Positions 37,332-46,989 of a stretch of 64,000 bases of DNA are shown in pieces. Position 1 is the stretch's first letter, and each line of letters begins with the position of its first letter. The stretch is taken from the NCBI GenBank assembly GCA_025457615.1, contig JALOTZ010000013.1, positions 785 through 64,784 of the forward strand, written 5' to 3'. The notes beneath the pieces were generated by a model that was not told the DNA's origin, did not search any database, and saw only the letters and a program-made list of their open reading frames with translations. A program made the translations under genes and the position numbers. This DNA comes from Verrucomicrobiota bacterium. Lineage in GTDB: Bacteria; Verrucomicrobiota; Verrucomicrobiia; Limisphaerales; DSYF01.

Positions 37332-39353
37332 TCAGGCCGTGGCGGGCGCGGGAGTGCCCAACCCGGGCAATGCGGGCGGACTGGTCTTGGGCGGCACCTC
37401 GGGCAACGGCGTGCCGGCGGGCGCGCCCTGCGGCGGCTCCACATCCGGTTGCGGCACCGGCGGCGTGAGCTTGCCGGTGCGCACGATCTCCTCCACCTGG
37501 CTGCCCTCCAGGGTTTCAAATTCGAGCAGGGAATCCGCAATCAACCGCAACTTCTCGAGGTGGCCGTCAATGATATCCTTGGCCCGTTGGTAGGCGGCAT
37601 CGATGATCCGCTTGACCTCAGTGTCAATTTCCCGCGCGGTCTCCTCGCTGTAAGCCTTGGATCGCGCCATGTCGCGGCCCAAGAACACGTACTCGTCATC
37701 GCCGCCGTATTGCACCATCCCCATCGTCTCGCTCATCCCGTACTGGGTGACCATCGCCCGAGCCATGTGCGTTGCCTGCTGGATGTCGCCGGACGCTCCG
37801 GTCGAGATGTCGCCGGAGACGATTTCCTCAGCAATCCGGCCCGCCATCATCACGGCGAGCATATCGAGCATTTCCTTGCGCCGGCGGTTCAGCACATCCT
37901 CCTTGGGCAGCGACATCGTGGCTCCCAAGGCCTGTCCGCGCGGGATGATGGTCACCTTGTGCAGCGGATGGGTGTGTTCGAGAACAACATTGACCAGCGC
38001 ATGACCCGCCTCGTGCCAGGCGGTGCACCTCTTGTCTTCGTCGGTCATGGCCAGGCTGCGACGTTCCCGGCCCCAACGCACCTTGTCCCGGGCTTCCTCG
38101 AGTTCGGGCATGCTGACGGCCTTCTTGTTGAGCCGTGCCGCCAGGAGCGCCGCTTCGTTCAGGAGGTTCGCCAGCTCGGCGCCCGAATAGCCTGGCGTTC
38201 CGCGGGCAATCACGGACAGATCCACCCCCCCGGCCAACTTCACATTCTTGGCATGCACCTTGAGAATGGCCTCGCGACCCCGCACGTCCGGCAGGTTCAC
38301 CGTCACCTGACGGTCGAAGCGTCCGGGACGCAGCAGCGCGGGGTCCAGCACATCCGGCCGGTTTGTGGCGGCAATGATGATGATGCCCTCGGTGGTGTCG
38401 AAACCGTCCATCTCCACCAGCAGCGCATTCAAAGTCTGTTCACGCTCGTCGTTGCCGCCACCCAGCCCATGACCACGGCTCCGCCCCACGGCATCAATCT
38501 CGTCGATGAAGATCAGGCAGGGCGTGTTCTTGCGCGCCTGCTCGAACATGTCGCGGACGCGGCTGGCCCCCACGCCCACGAACATCTCCACGAAATCCGA
38601 TCCGCTGATGCTGAAGAACGCGGCGTCAGCCTCGCCGGCAATGGACTTCGCCAGCAGGGTCTTGCCCGTGCCCGGCGGGCCGATCATGAGCACGCCCTTG
38701 GGAATCCGGCCCCCGAGCCGTTGAAATTTCTTGGGGTCCTTGAGGAACTCGACCAGCTCGGAGACCTCCTGGATGGCCTCCTCCACGCCGGCGACGTCCT
38801 TGAAGGTGGTCTTGTTCTTTTCCTTGGACAGCATGCGGGCCTTGCTTTTGCCGAAACTCAAGGCGCCCTTGCCGGCCATCTTGATCTGGCGGATGAAGAA
38901 GAACCAGATGAGCAGCGCGATCAGCAGGATGGGGAAGATGCTGAAAAACACGCTCATCCAGAGGGTGTTGGGCTCCCGGACCACAAACTTGTCCGACGCC
39001 AGCAGCTTCTCCTCCATGCTCTCGGTCAAGCGCGCCTTGGTCAGGAAGGGTTTGGCCACCTCCGCCCCGTTCTTGTCCGTGCCGAAGTAGGTTCCCTTGA
39101 TCTCGGTCAGGTAGGCGGATTGCGGGCTGTAGTTGATGATCGCATGCTCAATGCGGTTGGAAGCCACCAGTTGGAAGAACTCGTACTGGCTGAGGCTCTC
39201 ACCCTGGCTGTTCATCCGGTCCCGGAAAAACATCAGCAGCATGATCCCCCCGAAGATGGCAATCCATACCACCCAGGTCCGCGGGGGCACCCGGAAATCC
39301 CCACCCTTCTTCGGATTATCATCCGAACCATTTGGTCTGCGTTGTTCAGCCAT
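37332..39353 (-). CDS. ftsH: ATP-dependent zinc metalloprotease FtsH
   Basis: Two TM segments. AAA+ domain [18 protein letters not shown]...[11 protein letters not shown] with SRH. Zn site HEAGHALV. Start set to MAEQRRPNG (ATG at 39353). Has a Pro-rich C-terminal tail. Confidence 0.95.
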   Translation of the reverse strand: MAEQRRPNGSDDNPKKGGDFRVPPRTWVVWIAIFGGIMLLMFFRDRMNSQGESLSQYEFFQLVASNRIEHAIINYSPQSAYLTEIKGTYFGTDKNGAEVAKPFLTKARLTESMEEKLLASDKFVVREPNTLWMSVFFSIFPILLIALLIWFFFIRQIKMAGKGALSFGKSKARMLSKEKNKTTFKDVAGVEEAIQEVSELVEFLKDPKKFQRLGGRIPKGVLMIGPPGTGKTLLAKSIAGEADAAFFSISGSDFVEMFVGVGASRVRDMFEQARKNTPCLIFIDEIDAVGRSRGHGLGGGNDEREQTLNALLVEMDGFDTTEGIIIIAATNRPDVLDPALLRPGRFDRQVTVNLPDVRGREAILKVHAKNVKLAGGVDLSVIARGTPGYSGAELANLLNEAALLAARLNKKAVSMPELEEARDKVRWGRERRSLAMTDEDKRCTAWHEAGHALVNVVLEHTHPLHKVTIIPRGQALGATMSLPKEDVLNRRRKEMLDMLAVMMAGRIAEEIVSGDISTGASGDIQQATHMARAMVTQYGMSETMGMVQYGGDDEYVFLGRDMARSKAYSEETAREIDTEVKRIIDAAYQRAKDIIDGHLEKLRLIADSLLEFETLEGSQVEEIVRTGKLTPPVPQPDVEPPQGAPAGTPLPEVPPKTSPPALPGLGTPAPATA

Positions 39354-39411
39354 GAGCAAAGTTTCGACGGCGCACAGTATCATGGTCACGGACCTGCCGC
39401 AACCGAAGGAA

Positions 39412-40773
39412 TCACCCGCATTTCCAGCGCCAAACCAGCCGCTTCGCCGTGTCCAAGCGCACTTTGAACCGCTCGCCGATCCGTAATCCTTCCACCCAGA
39501 AGATCTCCCCGGCCCCGGATTCCGCCACCACCCGCCCGCGCCGTTCGGCGGCCGGCACCTTGTGGTTGGTGAAAAGATCCTGCAGCTTCACCGGCCAATC
39601 CATGCCAATCGGCTGAAACCGGTCCCCCGCCCGCCAATGCCGCAACACAACCTTGTCCCCCACCCGATCGGCATCAAAAGACTCCTCGCCTGTCCGCGAC
39701 AGCCGCCTCAGCGACCCCCGAACGGCCAGCGTCCGCCAGGTGAAATCCCGCCCGGCAAACCGCACCCGGCCTGCGGCGCCCAGGCGAACCCGGAGAGCCT
39801 CGCCCATGTGCGCCAAGGTCCGTCGCGGCACCCGCATCAGCCTGCCGTCCGGGCTGAGCGCCAGGATCGCGCCCCCCGGCGTATTGACGGGCCGGCCCGG
39901 TTTGCCCAGAAGCTCTTCGCAGGTTTCAAAATCAAGCCCCAACCCCAGCGCTGTGGACTGGAGTTGAACGACCCGCCGCCGCAGCGCCAAGGGCAGCCGA
40001 TCAAAGGGTTCCCCCCCATCCTTCAGCCAACCGGAGGCCAGCCCGGTCAAATACTCGTTCTCGGTTGAGAGAATGGACGCAACCCGAACCAGCACCCGAT
40101 CGATCGCCGGCTGATACTTCGCCCGCAGCAAGGGAAGCAACTCGTGCCGTACCCGGTTTCGCAGGAAGCGGCAGTCGGCGTTGCTGCGGTCCTCGCGGAA
40201 TCGGATTCCCGCCTGCCTCGCATAGGCCGCGATCCGGGCACGGGGAGTTTCCAACAAGGGGCGGACCAGACGGATACCCGCATCGGCTGGGGACGACCCG
40301 GCCACGCTCATTCCCCCGAGTCCTTCCGAACCGCTGCCCCGCAATAATCGCAAGAGCACCAACTCCGCCTGGTCATCGGCGTGATGAGCCATGGCCATCA
40401 CCGGACACTTCGCTCTTCGGGCTGACCGGCTCAAGAACCGGTGCCGAACCGCCCGCGCCGCCATTTCGGTCGAAATCCCGCGGCGCGAAGCCAGCCCTTT
40501 CACGTCCCGACGCGCGCTCACACAGCGCACCGCCAACCGGCGGCACGCTGCTTTCACAAACCGCTCGTCGGCATCGCTGCTGCGTCCGCGCAGTTGATGA
40601 TTCAAGTGCGCGGCGATCAGTGTCCAACCGCGGCCCGGCGCCAGCGCCTGGAGCACATGCAGCAGGACCATGGAATCCATCCCCCCAGACACCGCCACCA
40701 GAACCCGGCTTCCGCGGGGAAGTCCTCCCGGGGCATCCGTCCACCGGGCCACTTGCTCGCACAGGGCGCTCAC
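39412..40773 (-). CDS. tilS: tRNA(Ile)-lysidine synthetase
   Basis: PP-loop VLVAVSGGMDSMVLLHVL. The tilS-ftsH synteny is classic. Confidence 0.85.
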   Translation of the reverse strand: MSALCEQVARWTDAPGGLPRGSRVLVAVSGGMDSMVLLHVLQALAPGRGWTLIAAHLNHQLRGRSSDADERFVKAACRRLAVRCVSARRDVKGLASRRGISTEMAARAVRHRFLSRSARRAKCPVMAMAHHADDQAELVLLRLLRGSGSEGLGGMSVAGSSPADAGIRLVRPLLETPRARIAAYARQAGIRFREDRSNADCRFLRNRVRHELLPLLRAKYQPAIDRVLVRVASILSTENEYLTGLASGWLKDGGEPFDRLPLALRRRVVQLQSTALGLGLDFETCEELLGKPGRPVNTPGGAILALSPDGRLMRVPRRTLAHMGEALRVRLGAAGRVRFAGRDFTWRTLAVRGSLRRLSRTGEESFDADRVGDKVVLRHWRAGDRFQPIGMDWPVKLQDLFTNHKVPAAERRGRVVAESGAGEIFWVEGLRIGERFKVRLDTAKRLVWRWKCG

Positions 40774-41022
40774 CCCGACATCCTAGGCGGCCGGAGCCCC
40801 AAGGCAAAGCGAGCATATTCTCCTTCCCAATCCGCCCGCGCGCAGGCTGAATGGACCAGAAGATGATGGGAAACGGTTCCGACCATTCCACAATCGCGCG
40901 TTGCGGCCATGAAGCGAAACGCTTCGGGGTGGCGCATGCGTCCCACGTGCCCTTCCACAGCCCCCCCGTGCTCCCGGGAAACTGCCGCCGGTGGGACGCG
41001 TGTGCTACCTAAGGAGGCCAAG

Positions 41023-42489
41023 TTGCAAAACGCGTCGGCACCCAACCTCCTCCTGTCCGCTCCGGCTGCAGACGGGCCGAGCCGCGTCCTGCTCCTCAGC
41101 GTCAACCAATATGACTTCCCTTACCCCGTGTTCCCGCTGGGTGCCGCGTTGGTGGAAGCCGCGCTCCGCCGCGCCGGCCATGTCGTGCAGTTCGTGGACT
41201 TCAATCTGAACTCCCTTCCCCTGGCCGACGTGGTCGCGGAGTTCAAGCCGGATTACATCGGCATCTCCCTGCGCAACATCGACGACGCCCTGATCCAGAA
41301 GCGCGAGACCTTCTTTGAAACCCTATTGAATGTGGTTGGCGAACTGCGCCGCTACACCCGCGCGACCATCGTTCTGGGCGGCAGCGGCTTCTCGATCTTC
41401 CCGGATGAATTGCTGGAACGGTCAGGCGCGGATTACGGCATTCAAGGCGAGGGCGAAAGCCAGTTCGTTGAGCTCATCGATGCCCTGAACCACGGACGCC
41501 CTGTCTCGGATCTGTCCGGACTGGTGCACCGACAGAACGGCCTGGTGCGGATCAATCCCCGCAGCCGGATGGAGTATCCGGACGAGATCGTGCCCCCCGA
41601 GGTCTCGTCCGAACTGACGCAGTACTACCTCCGCAAAAGTTCGATGCTCAACCTCCAGACCCAGCGCGGCTGCGCCCTGCGATGCTGCTACTGCACGTAT
41701 CCGTTGCTGGAAGGGCGGCAATACCGGCGTCGCCCCGCCGGGGCGGTGGTCGAGGAACTCAGCCGCATGCAGGCCCAGGGCGCCCGCTACGTCTTCATCG
41801 TGGACTCCGTGTTCAACACCTCGCCGTCCCACGTGTCGGCCATCTGCGAAGGGATCCTGAGGCGCGGACTTCGGCTGCAATGGTGCTGCTTCCTGCGACC
41901 GAAAAACCTGAGCCGTGACCTGATGGCTTTGATGGCGCGCGCGGGACTCAAGCATGTCGAGTTTGGCTCGGACAGCTTTTCCGACCGGGTGCTCGATCGC
42001 TACGGGAAGGCGCTCACGTTCGACGACATCCTGGCATCCAGCCAGCACGCGGCTGCGGCGAACGTGGACTGCGCTCATTTCCTGATCCTCGGGGGCCCGG
42101 GCGAAACCGAGGAGACGCTGGCCGAGACGTTCCTCAACTCGAAGCGCCTGCCGGACCCGACGCTCATGGCGCGCGTGGGCATGCGCGTTTACCCTGGCAC
42201 ACCGTTGTTCGACGAGCTGCGGGCGAGAACGGAAGTCCAGCCGCTGCCCCCGCTCTTGAAGCCGTTCTATTACATCGAACCGCCGCTCAGCCAGGATCAG
42301 GTGCTGGCTTGGCTGCGCCGCATGGCCGCCGAAATGCCCAACTGGATCTTCGACGATCCGCCGCCCGAATACTACAAGATGGCCGAACGCCTGCGCGCCC
42401 GGGGAATCATCGGGCCCCTCTGGAGCTACTTCGCCATGATGCAACGTCTCGGCGGCTTGGGCGCCCCGGCCGCGCCTGCCTCAACCTAG
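41023..42489 (+). CDS. B12-binding-domain radical SAM protein
   Basis: RVLLLSVNQYDFPYPVFPLGAALVEAALRRAGHVVQFVDFN (cobalamin-binding-like N-domain), then QTQRGCALRCCYCTYP (CxxxCxxC). I prefer the TTG start at 41023, 5 nt after the strong SD AAGGAGG (41011-41017). The track starts at 40909. Confidence 0.75.
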   Translation: MQNASAPNLLLSAPAADGPSRVLLLSVNQYDFPYPVFPLGAALVEAALRRAGHVVQFVDFNLNSLPLADVVAEFKPDYIGISLRNIDDALIQKRETFFETLLNVVGELRRYTRATIVLGGSGFSIFPDELLERSGADYGIQGEGESQFVELIDALNHGRPVSDLSGLVHRQNGLVRINPRSRMEYPDEIVPPEVSSELTQYYLRKSSMLNLQTQRGCALRCCYCTYPLLEGRQYRRRPAGAVVEELSRMQAQGARYVFIVDSVFNTSPSHVSAICEGILRRGLRLQWCCFLRPKNLSRDLMALMARAGLKHVEFGSDSFSDRVLDRYGKALTFDDILASSQHAAAANVDCAHFLILGGPGETEETLAETFLNSKRLPDPTLMARVGMRVYPGTPLFDELRARTEVQPLPPLLKPFYYIEPPLSQDQVLAWLRRMAAEMPNWIFDDPPPEYYKMAERLRARGIIGPLWSYFAMMQRLGGLGAPAAPAST

Positions 42490-42603
42490 GCCCCTCCCCA
42501 AAACGGCCACTGTGCTTCAATAGACCTCGCAACCTGGATAGGAATCCGCACGCTGTTCCACAGGTGATTGGAGTACTGTCCCCTTGCCGGACGACAGCCC
42601 ACG

Positions 42604-42633
42604 TTGACTGCGGCCCACGCCGTCCGCTATCTT
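42604..42633 (+). promoter_or_regulatory. candidate promoter immediately upstream of the fumarase alpha gene (possibly near-leaderless mRNA)
   Basis: TTGACT (42604-42609), 18 nt spacer, TATCTT (42628-42633). The ATG at 42642 is only 8 nt downstream of the -10. Confidence 0.3.
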
Positions 42634-42641
42634 CGTCGCAG

Positions 42642-43520
42642 ATGAATCTGCTTCATGATTCGCTGCTGGAACTGATCCGCCGCACCTCCACCGAGATCCC
42701 GGATGACGTGCATCGGGCGATCCTGGCTTCGCTGGAGAATGAGCGAAAGGGCACGATCGCCGCATCGGCGATGAAGATCATCGATCAGAACATCGCCCTG
42801 GCGAAGACGAAGTCGCAGCCGATTTGTCAGGACACCGGCAGCATCATCTTTTACGTGGAGTGCCCGGTGGGTTTCGACCAGATGACCTTCACGGAAGCCG
42901 CCCGCGCGGCGGTCAAGCAGGCCACGGCCAAGGGGTATTTGCGGCAGAACTCGGTGGATTCGCTGACGGGCAGGAACGACGGGACCAATCTGGGCCCCGG
43001 GTCCCCCACCCTGCACTTTCATCAGCATGCGTCCGATGCGGTATCGGTGAAGCTGATCCTCAAGGGGGGCGGCTGTGAGAATGTGGGCGCGCAATACTCG
43101 TTGCCCCACACGGGGCTCAACGCCAACCGGGACCTGGACGGCTGCCGGAAAGCGATCCTCGATGCCGTGGTGCAAGCCCAGGGCAAGGGCTGCGGCCCGG
43201 GCATCCTGGGGGTGTGCATTGGCGGCGACCGCGCCACCGGCTACGAGCATTCCAAGGTGCAGTTGTTGCGCCTGTTGGACGACCGGAATCCCCACCCGGA
43301 CCTCGCCAGGCTGGAGCAGGACATTGTGGAAACTTCCAACCAGCTAGGGATCGGTCCGATGGGGTTCGGGGGCAAGACCACCTTGCTGGGCTGCAAGATC
43401 GGGGTCTTGAACCGTCTGCCCGCCTCCTACTTCGTCAGCGTCAGTTACATGTGCTGGGCCTACCGACGGCACGGGGTGACGCTGAGGGCGGATGGAACAA
43501 TCGCAGGCTGGCTCTACTGA
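42642..43520 (+). CDS. Fe-S hydro-lyase alpha subunit (class I fumarate hydratase / tartrate dehydratase family)
   Basis: MNLLHDSLLELIRR...SQPICQDTGSIIFYVECP...LKGGGCENVGAQYSLP. Start trimmed from the track ORF (42309) to the ATG at 42642. Confidence 0.85.
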   Translation: MNLLHDSLLELIRRTSTEIPDDVHRAILASLENERKGTIAASAMKIIDQNIALAKTKSQPICQDTGSIIFYVECPVGFDQMTFTEAARAAVKQATAKGYLRQNSVDSLTGRNDGTNLGPGSPTLHFHQHASDAVSVKLILKGGGCENVGAQYSLPHTGLNANRDLDGCRKAILDAVVQAQGKGCGPGILGVCIGGDRATGYEHSKVQLLRLLDDRNPHPDLARLEQDIVETSNQLGIGPMGFGGKTTLLGCKIGVLNRLPASYFVSVSYMCWAYRRHGVTLRADGTIAGWLY

Positions 43521-43621
43521 ATGAAACGGAGCGTTGGCGTGATGGAGAACGGTCAAGTGGGAAGGGGAAGCGAGCCGTTCACCATCACTCCGGCACTCCT
43601 ACACTCCAACCTCTCCCTCCC

Positions 43622-44197
43622 ATGATCAAACTCACCACCCCCATTTCTGAATCAACCATCCGCTCGCTCAAGGTGGGCGACGAAGTGTTGCTGACCGGCA
43701 CGGTGTTCACCGGACGCGACGCGGTGCACAAGTATTTGCACGACGGCGGCCAACTGCCGCCCGAGGTGAACCTCAGGGAGGGCGTGCTCTACCATTGTGG
43801 CCCGGTGGTCATCAAGGACGACCAGGGCCGCTGGAAATGCGTGGCGGCCGGCCCAACCACATCCATTCGGGAGGAACCCTACCAATGGCAGGTGATTCGC
43901 GACCTCGGCCTGCGGGGGGTGATTGGCAAGGGCGGCATGGGTGACAAGACCCTCAAAGCCTGCCAAGAACATGGTTGTGTTTACCTGCACGCGGTGGGAG
44001 GCGCCGCCCAGGTGCTCGCCGAATGCATCAGGAAGGTGAGCGGTGTGTACCTGATGGAGGAGTTTGGCGCGCCGGAAGCCATCTGGGAATTCCAGGTGGA
44101 GGACTTCCCCGCCGTCGTCACGATCGATTCCCATGGCGGCTCCCTGCACCGGCAGATCTTCGCGCAAAGCCAAGCCGAACTGGCCAAGCATCTGTAA
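43622..44197 (+). CDS. Fe-S hydro-lyase beta subunit (class I fumarate hydratase C-terminal domain family)
   Basis: MIKLTTPISESTIRSLKVGDEVLLTGTVFTGRDAVHKYL...YHCGPVV...GPTTSIREEPY...VIGKGGMG...YLHAVGGAA. Confidence 0.85.
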   Translation: MIKLTTPISESTIRSLKVGDEVLLTGTVFTGRDAVHKYLHDGGQLPPEVNLREGVLYHCGPVVIKDDQGRWKCVAAGPTTSIREEPYQWQVIRDLGLRGVIGKGGMGDKTLKACQEHGCVYLHAVGGAAQVLAECIRKVSGVYLMEEFGAPEAIWEFQVEDFPAVVTIDSHGGSLHRQIFAQSQAELAKHL

Positions 44198-44318
44198 TTC
44201 GCCGGCGTCCCCGGAACGACTGCCGCACACAGCTCACCCGGTGTCAGTGCAACAACCAGCTGGCAGGCCGGGAATGCCAGTTGTCATAAGCGACTTCTCT
44301 GTGCAGACTTCCGCCTCA

Positions 44319-45365
44319 ATGACCGAGGGCAATGCCGCTTCGTTACGCGTCCGCGTGGCCGTGCTGGGCGTGGGTTCGCTGGGCCAGCACCATGCTCGCC
44401 TGTACGCCGAGCTGGCGGCGGCGGGAGTGGTCGAGTTCGCCGGCGTTTACGACACCAACCCCCAGGCGGCTGAACAGGTCGCACGGCAACATCGAGCCCG
44501 AGTGTTGAGCTCATTGGAGGAGGCGATCCAGACGGCGGATGCGCTGAGCATTGTGACCCCCACCGTCAGCCACCACGCCCTGGCCAGCGACCTCCTGAAA
44601 CGTGGCCGCCATGTCTTGGTGGAGAAACCCATCACCAACACAGCCGCGCAGGCCGCGGAACTGGTCCGTTTGGCGCAGGAGCGCAACCTGGTGCTGCAGG
44701 TCGGCCACGTGGAACGGTTTAACCCGGTGTTCACTTACCTCGAAGTGGTCGCTCAGGACCCGCGTTTCATCGAGACGCATCGACTCTCTCCCTACCCCAA
44801 GCGCAGCACGGACGTGGGGGTGGTGCTGGACCTGATGATCCACGACCTCGATATCGTCCTGGCGTTCGTCCGATCGCCGATCAGCAGCGTGGACGCGGTG
44901 GGGGTCTCGGTCCTCAGCCAGAACGAGGACATTGCCAACGCGCGGCTGCGATTCGAGAACGGCTGCGTGGCCAACCTGACTGTCAGCCGGGTCAACCCCG
45001 AGCGGATGCGCAAGATCCGCGTGTTCAGCGCAGGCACGGAGCCCAGCTACGTGTCGCTCGATTACGCCGAGCAGAAGGGTTACATCTACCGGCTGGCACG
45101 GTCGGACGAGAAGGAGAGTTCACTGCTCAAGAAGTTGCTGTCGGCCAAGGACTCCACCATTGTCACCGAGTTTGCCGGGCGCAAGATCGTGCGCGAACCG
45201 GTCCCCATCACGCGGGAGGAACCGCTCAAGCTGGAGTTGAAGCATTTTGTGGATTGCGTGCGTGAACGCCAGCAGCCCCGGGTCAGCGGCGCGGCCGCCC
45301 AGGCGGCCCTGGAAGTGGCCCTGGAGATCACCCGCCAGATCGGATCGGTCCGTGTGCCCGCATGA
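44319..45365 (+). CDS. Gfo/Idh/MocA-family NAD(P)-dependent oxidoreductase, coupled to lpxB
   Basis: LRVRVAVLGVGSLGQHHARLYAEL (Rossmann fold)...VLVEKPITNTAAQAAELV...LQVGHVERFNPVF. Start set to MTEGNAAS (ATG at 44319). ATGA overlap with the lpxB start. Confidence 0.8.
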   Translation: MTEGNAASLRVRVAVLGVGSLGQHHARLYAELAAAGVVEFAGVYDTNPQAAEQVARQHRARVLSSLEEAIQTADALSIVTPTVSHHALASDLLKRGRHVLVEKPITNTAAQAAELVRLAQERNLVLQVGHVERFNPVFTYLEVVAQDPRFIETHRLSPYPKRSTDVGVVLDLMIHDLDIVLAFVRSPISSVDAVGVSVLSQNEDIANARLRFENGCVANLTVSRVNPERMRKIRVFSAGTEPSYVSLDYAEQKGYIYRLARSDEKESSLLKKLLSAKDSTIVTEFAGRKIVREPVPITREEPLKLELKHFVDCVRERQQPRVSGAAAQAALEVALEITRQIGSVRVPA

Positions 45366-46588
45366 AACCTCCCTGCATCATGGTGGTGGCCGGCGAAGCC
45401 AGCGGCGATCTGCTGGCCGCCGAACTGGTCCGGTCGCTGCGCGCGGAATCCGCCCGGCAACCGCTGCGACCGACGCGCGACGGGCAACCGCTACACACGG
45501 AATTGGAACCGCGCTTCTTCGGTGCCGGCGGCCGCCACATGCGGGACGCGGGAGTGGAGCTGGCGATTGAGCTGACCCGCAGCACGGTGTTCGGCATCAC
45601 GGGGGTGATTCGGCACTACTTCAAGTTCCTGCGCTACCGCCAGCAGCTCCTCCAGGTGGCGGTGCGGCGGCAGCCCGACGTGCTCATCGGGGTCGATTAC
45701 TCCGGGTTCAACCGCAGCCTGGCGGCGGCGGTATGCCGGCATGTGCGTGGGCAATCCCCGGCGTTTGGCAACTGGAATCCCCGCATCGTGCAGTTCGTCT
45801 CCCCACAAGTCTGGGCATCGCGGGAGAGCCGGGTTTACCAGCTCCAGCGCGATTACGATCTGATCCTGAGCATCTTCCCGTTCGAGAAGCCCTGGTATGC
45901 CGAACACGCGCCGCGAGTGCGGGTCGAATTCGTCGGCCACTTCATGGTGGATCGGTATCCCGAGGGACAACAGCTCCGCCAAGACCGCCCCCGCCCGGTT
46001 GGCTCGGAGGCAAGAATCCTTCTCTTGCCGGGCAGCCGGAAGTCCGAACTGGCCCGGCATCTGCCCACACTGGTTGCAGCCGCCCGTCGGATCCTGACCC
46101 AGCGCAAGGCCGTGTTTACGCTGGTGCTGCCTAACGAGGAATTGCGCAGCGGCTTCGCCACCCTCATCCACCAGTCGGGCGTGGATATCAACACCCAGAT
46201 TGGCAGGCTGCACGACGCGCTGGCCGCCTCGGATGTGGCCATCGCCTCCTCCGGGACGGTCACGCTCGAGTGCGCCTGGTTTGGCCTGCCCACGGTGGTG
46301 CTGTACAAGCTCAGCCCATTCGAGTACGAAATCGGCCGGCGCATCGTGAAGGTGCCCTACATCGCCATGCCGAACCTGCTGGCCGGCGAGCCGGTCTTTC
46401 CGGAGTTCATCCAGCATCAGGCGACGCCAGAGAACCTGGCCAACGCGACGTTGCGGTTGCTGAGCGACGAATCCTTGCGCGCGGAGACGCGGCGGAAGGT
46501 CAACCGCGCGGTCGCCACGCTCGGGGCGCCGGGTTCCTGCCGCCGCGCCGCGCAAGCGGTGCTCTCGCTGTTGAGGAACGGATCGTGA
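45362..46588 (+). CDS. lpxB: lipid-A-disaccharide synthase
   Basis: IMVVAGEASGDLLAAELVRSL...VDYSGFNRSLA...VSPQVWASRESRV...LPGSRKSEL...ASGTVTLECAWFGLPTVVLYK. Confidence 0.9.
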   Translation: MKPPCIMVVAGEASGDLLAAELVRSLRAESARQPLRPTRDGQPLHTELEPRFFGAGGRHMRDAGVELAIELTRSTVFGITGVIRHYFKFLRYRQQLLQVAVRRQPDVLIGVDYSGFNRSLAAAVCRHVRGQSPAFGNWNPRIVQFVSPQVWASRESRVYQLQRDYDLILSIFPFEKPWYAEHAPRVRVEFVGHFMVDRYPEGQQLRQDRPRPVGSEARILLLPGSRKSELARHLPTLVAAARRILTQRKAVFTLVLPNEELRSGFATLIHQSGVDINTQIGRLHDALAASDVAIASSGTVTLECAWFGLPTVVLYKLSPFEYEIGRRIVKVPYIAMPNLLAGEPVFPEFIQHQATPENLANATLRLLSDESLRAETRRKVNRAVATLGAPGSCRRAAQAVLSLLRNGS

Positions 46589-46938
46589 GCCGACCCGGGC
46601 GCCTCAACATTCCCCGCAAGACGGTGTATCGACTGTCGGTCTATCTGCGCTGTCTGTCGCGGCTCCGGGAGAACGGCATTGAGACCGTGTCCAGCGAGGC
46701 CCTGGCCAAGGTCGCAGGGGTGAAACCCACCCCACTGCGCACGCACCGGATCCGCATGGCCATTCTAGCGGTGCCGACCGAGGCGGCTCAGGAAGTCACG
46801 AACACGCTGGTCGAGGCGGGCGCCGCGGGCATCCTGAACTTTTCCCCCAACGTGCTCTCGGTGCCGGAGGAGGTGATGGTCAACAACGTGAACCTGGCCA
46901 TCGAACTGGAGAACTTGAGTTACTTCATCCAAGGTTGA
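46585..46938 (+). CDS. rex: Rex-family redox-sensing repressor homologue with a large in-frame internal deletion (mini-Rex or pseudogene)
   Basis: GTG start overlaps the lpxB stop (GTGA). The N-terminus IPRKTVYRLSVYLRCLSRLRENGIETVSSEALAKVAGVKPT matches the Rex wHTH. The C-terminus ILAVPTEAAQEVTNTLVEAGAAGILNFSPNVLSVPEEVMVNNVNLAIELENLSYFI matches the Rex C-terminal region. The ~95 residues that normally lie between them (RKDLSYFG wing and GxGxxG Rossmann core) are absent. Total 117 aa versus about 210. Confidence 0.65.
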   Translation: MSRPGRLNIPRKTVYRLSVYLRCLSRLRENGIETVSSEALAKVAGVKPTPLRTHRIRMAILAVPTEAAQEVTNTLVEAGAAGILNFSPNVLSVPEEVMVNNVNLAIELENLSYFIQG

Positions 46939-46989
46939 TCCGCCCCCGCCCAAGCCCGGTCAGAGGCTCCAAACACGAGGCGGCTTCCG

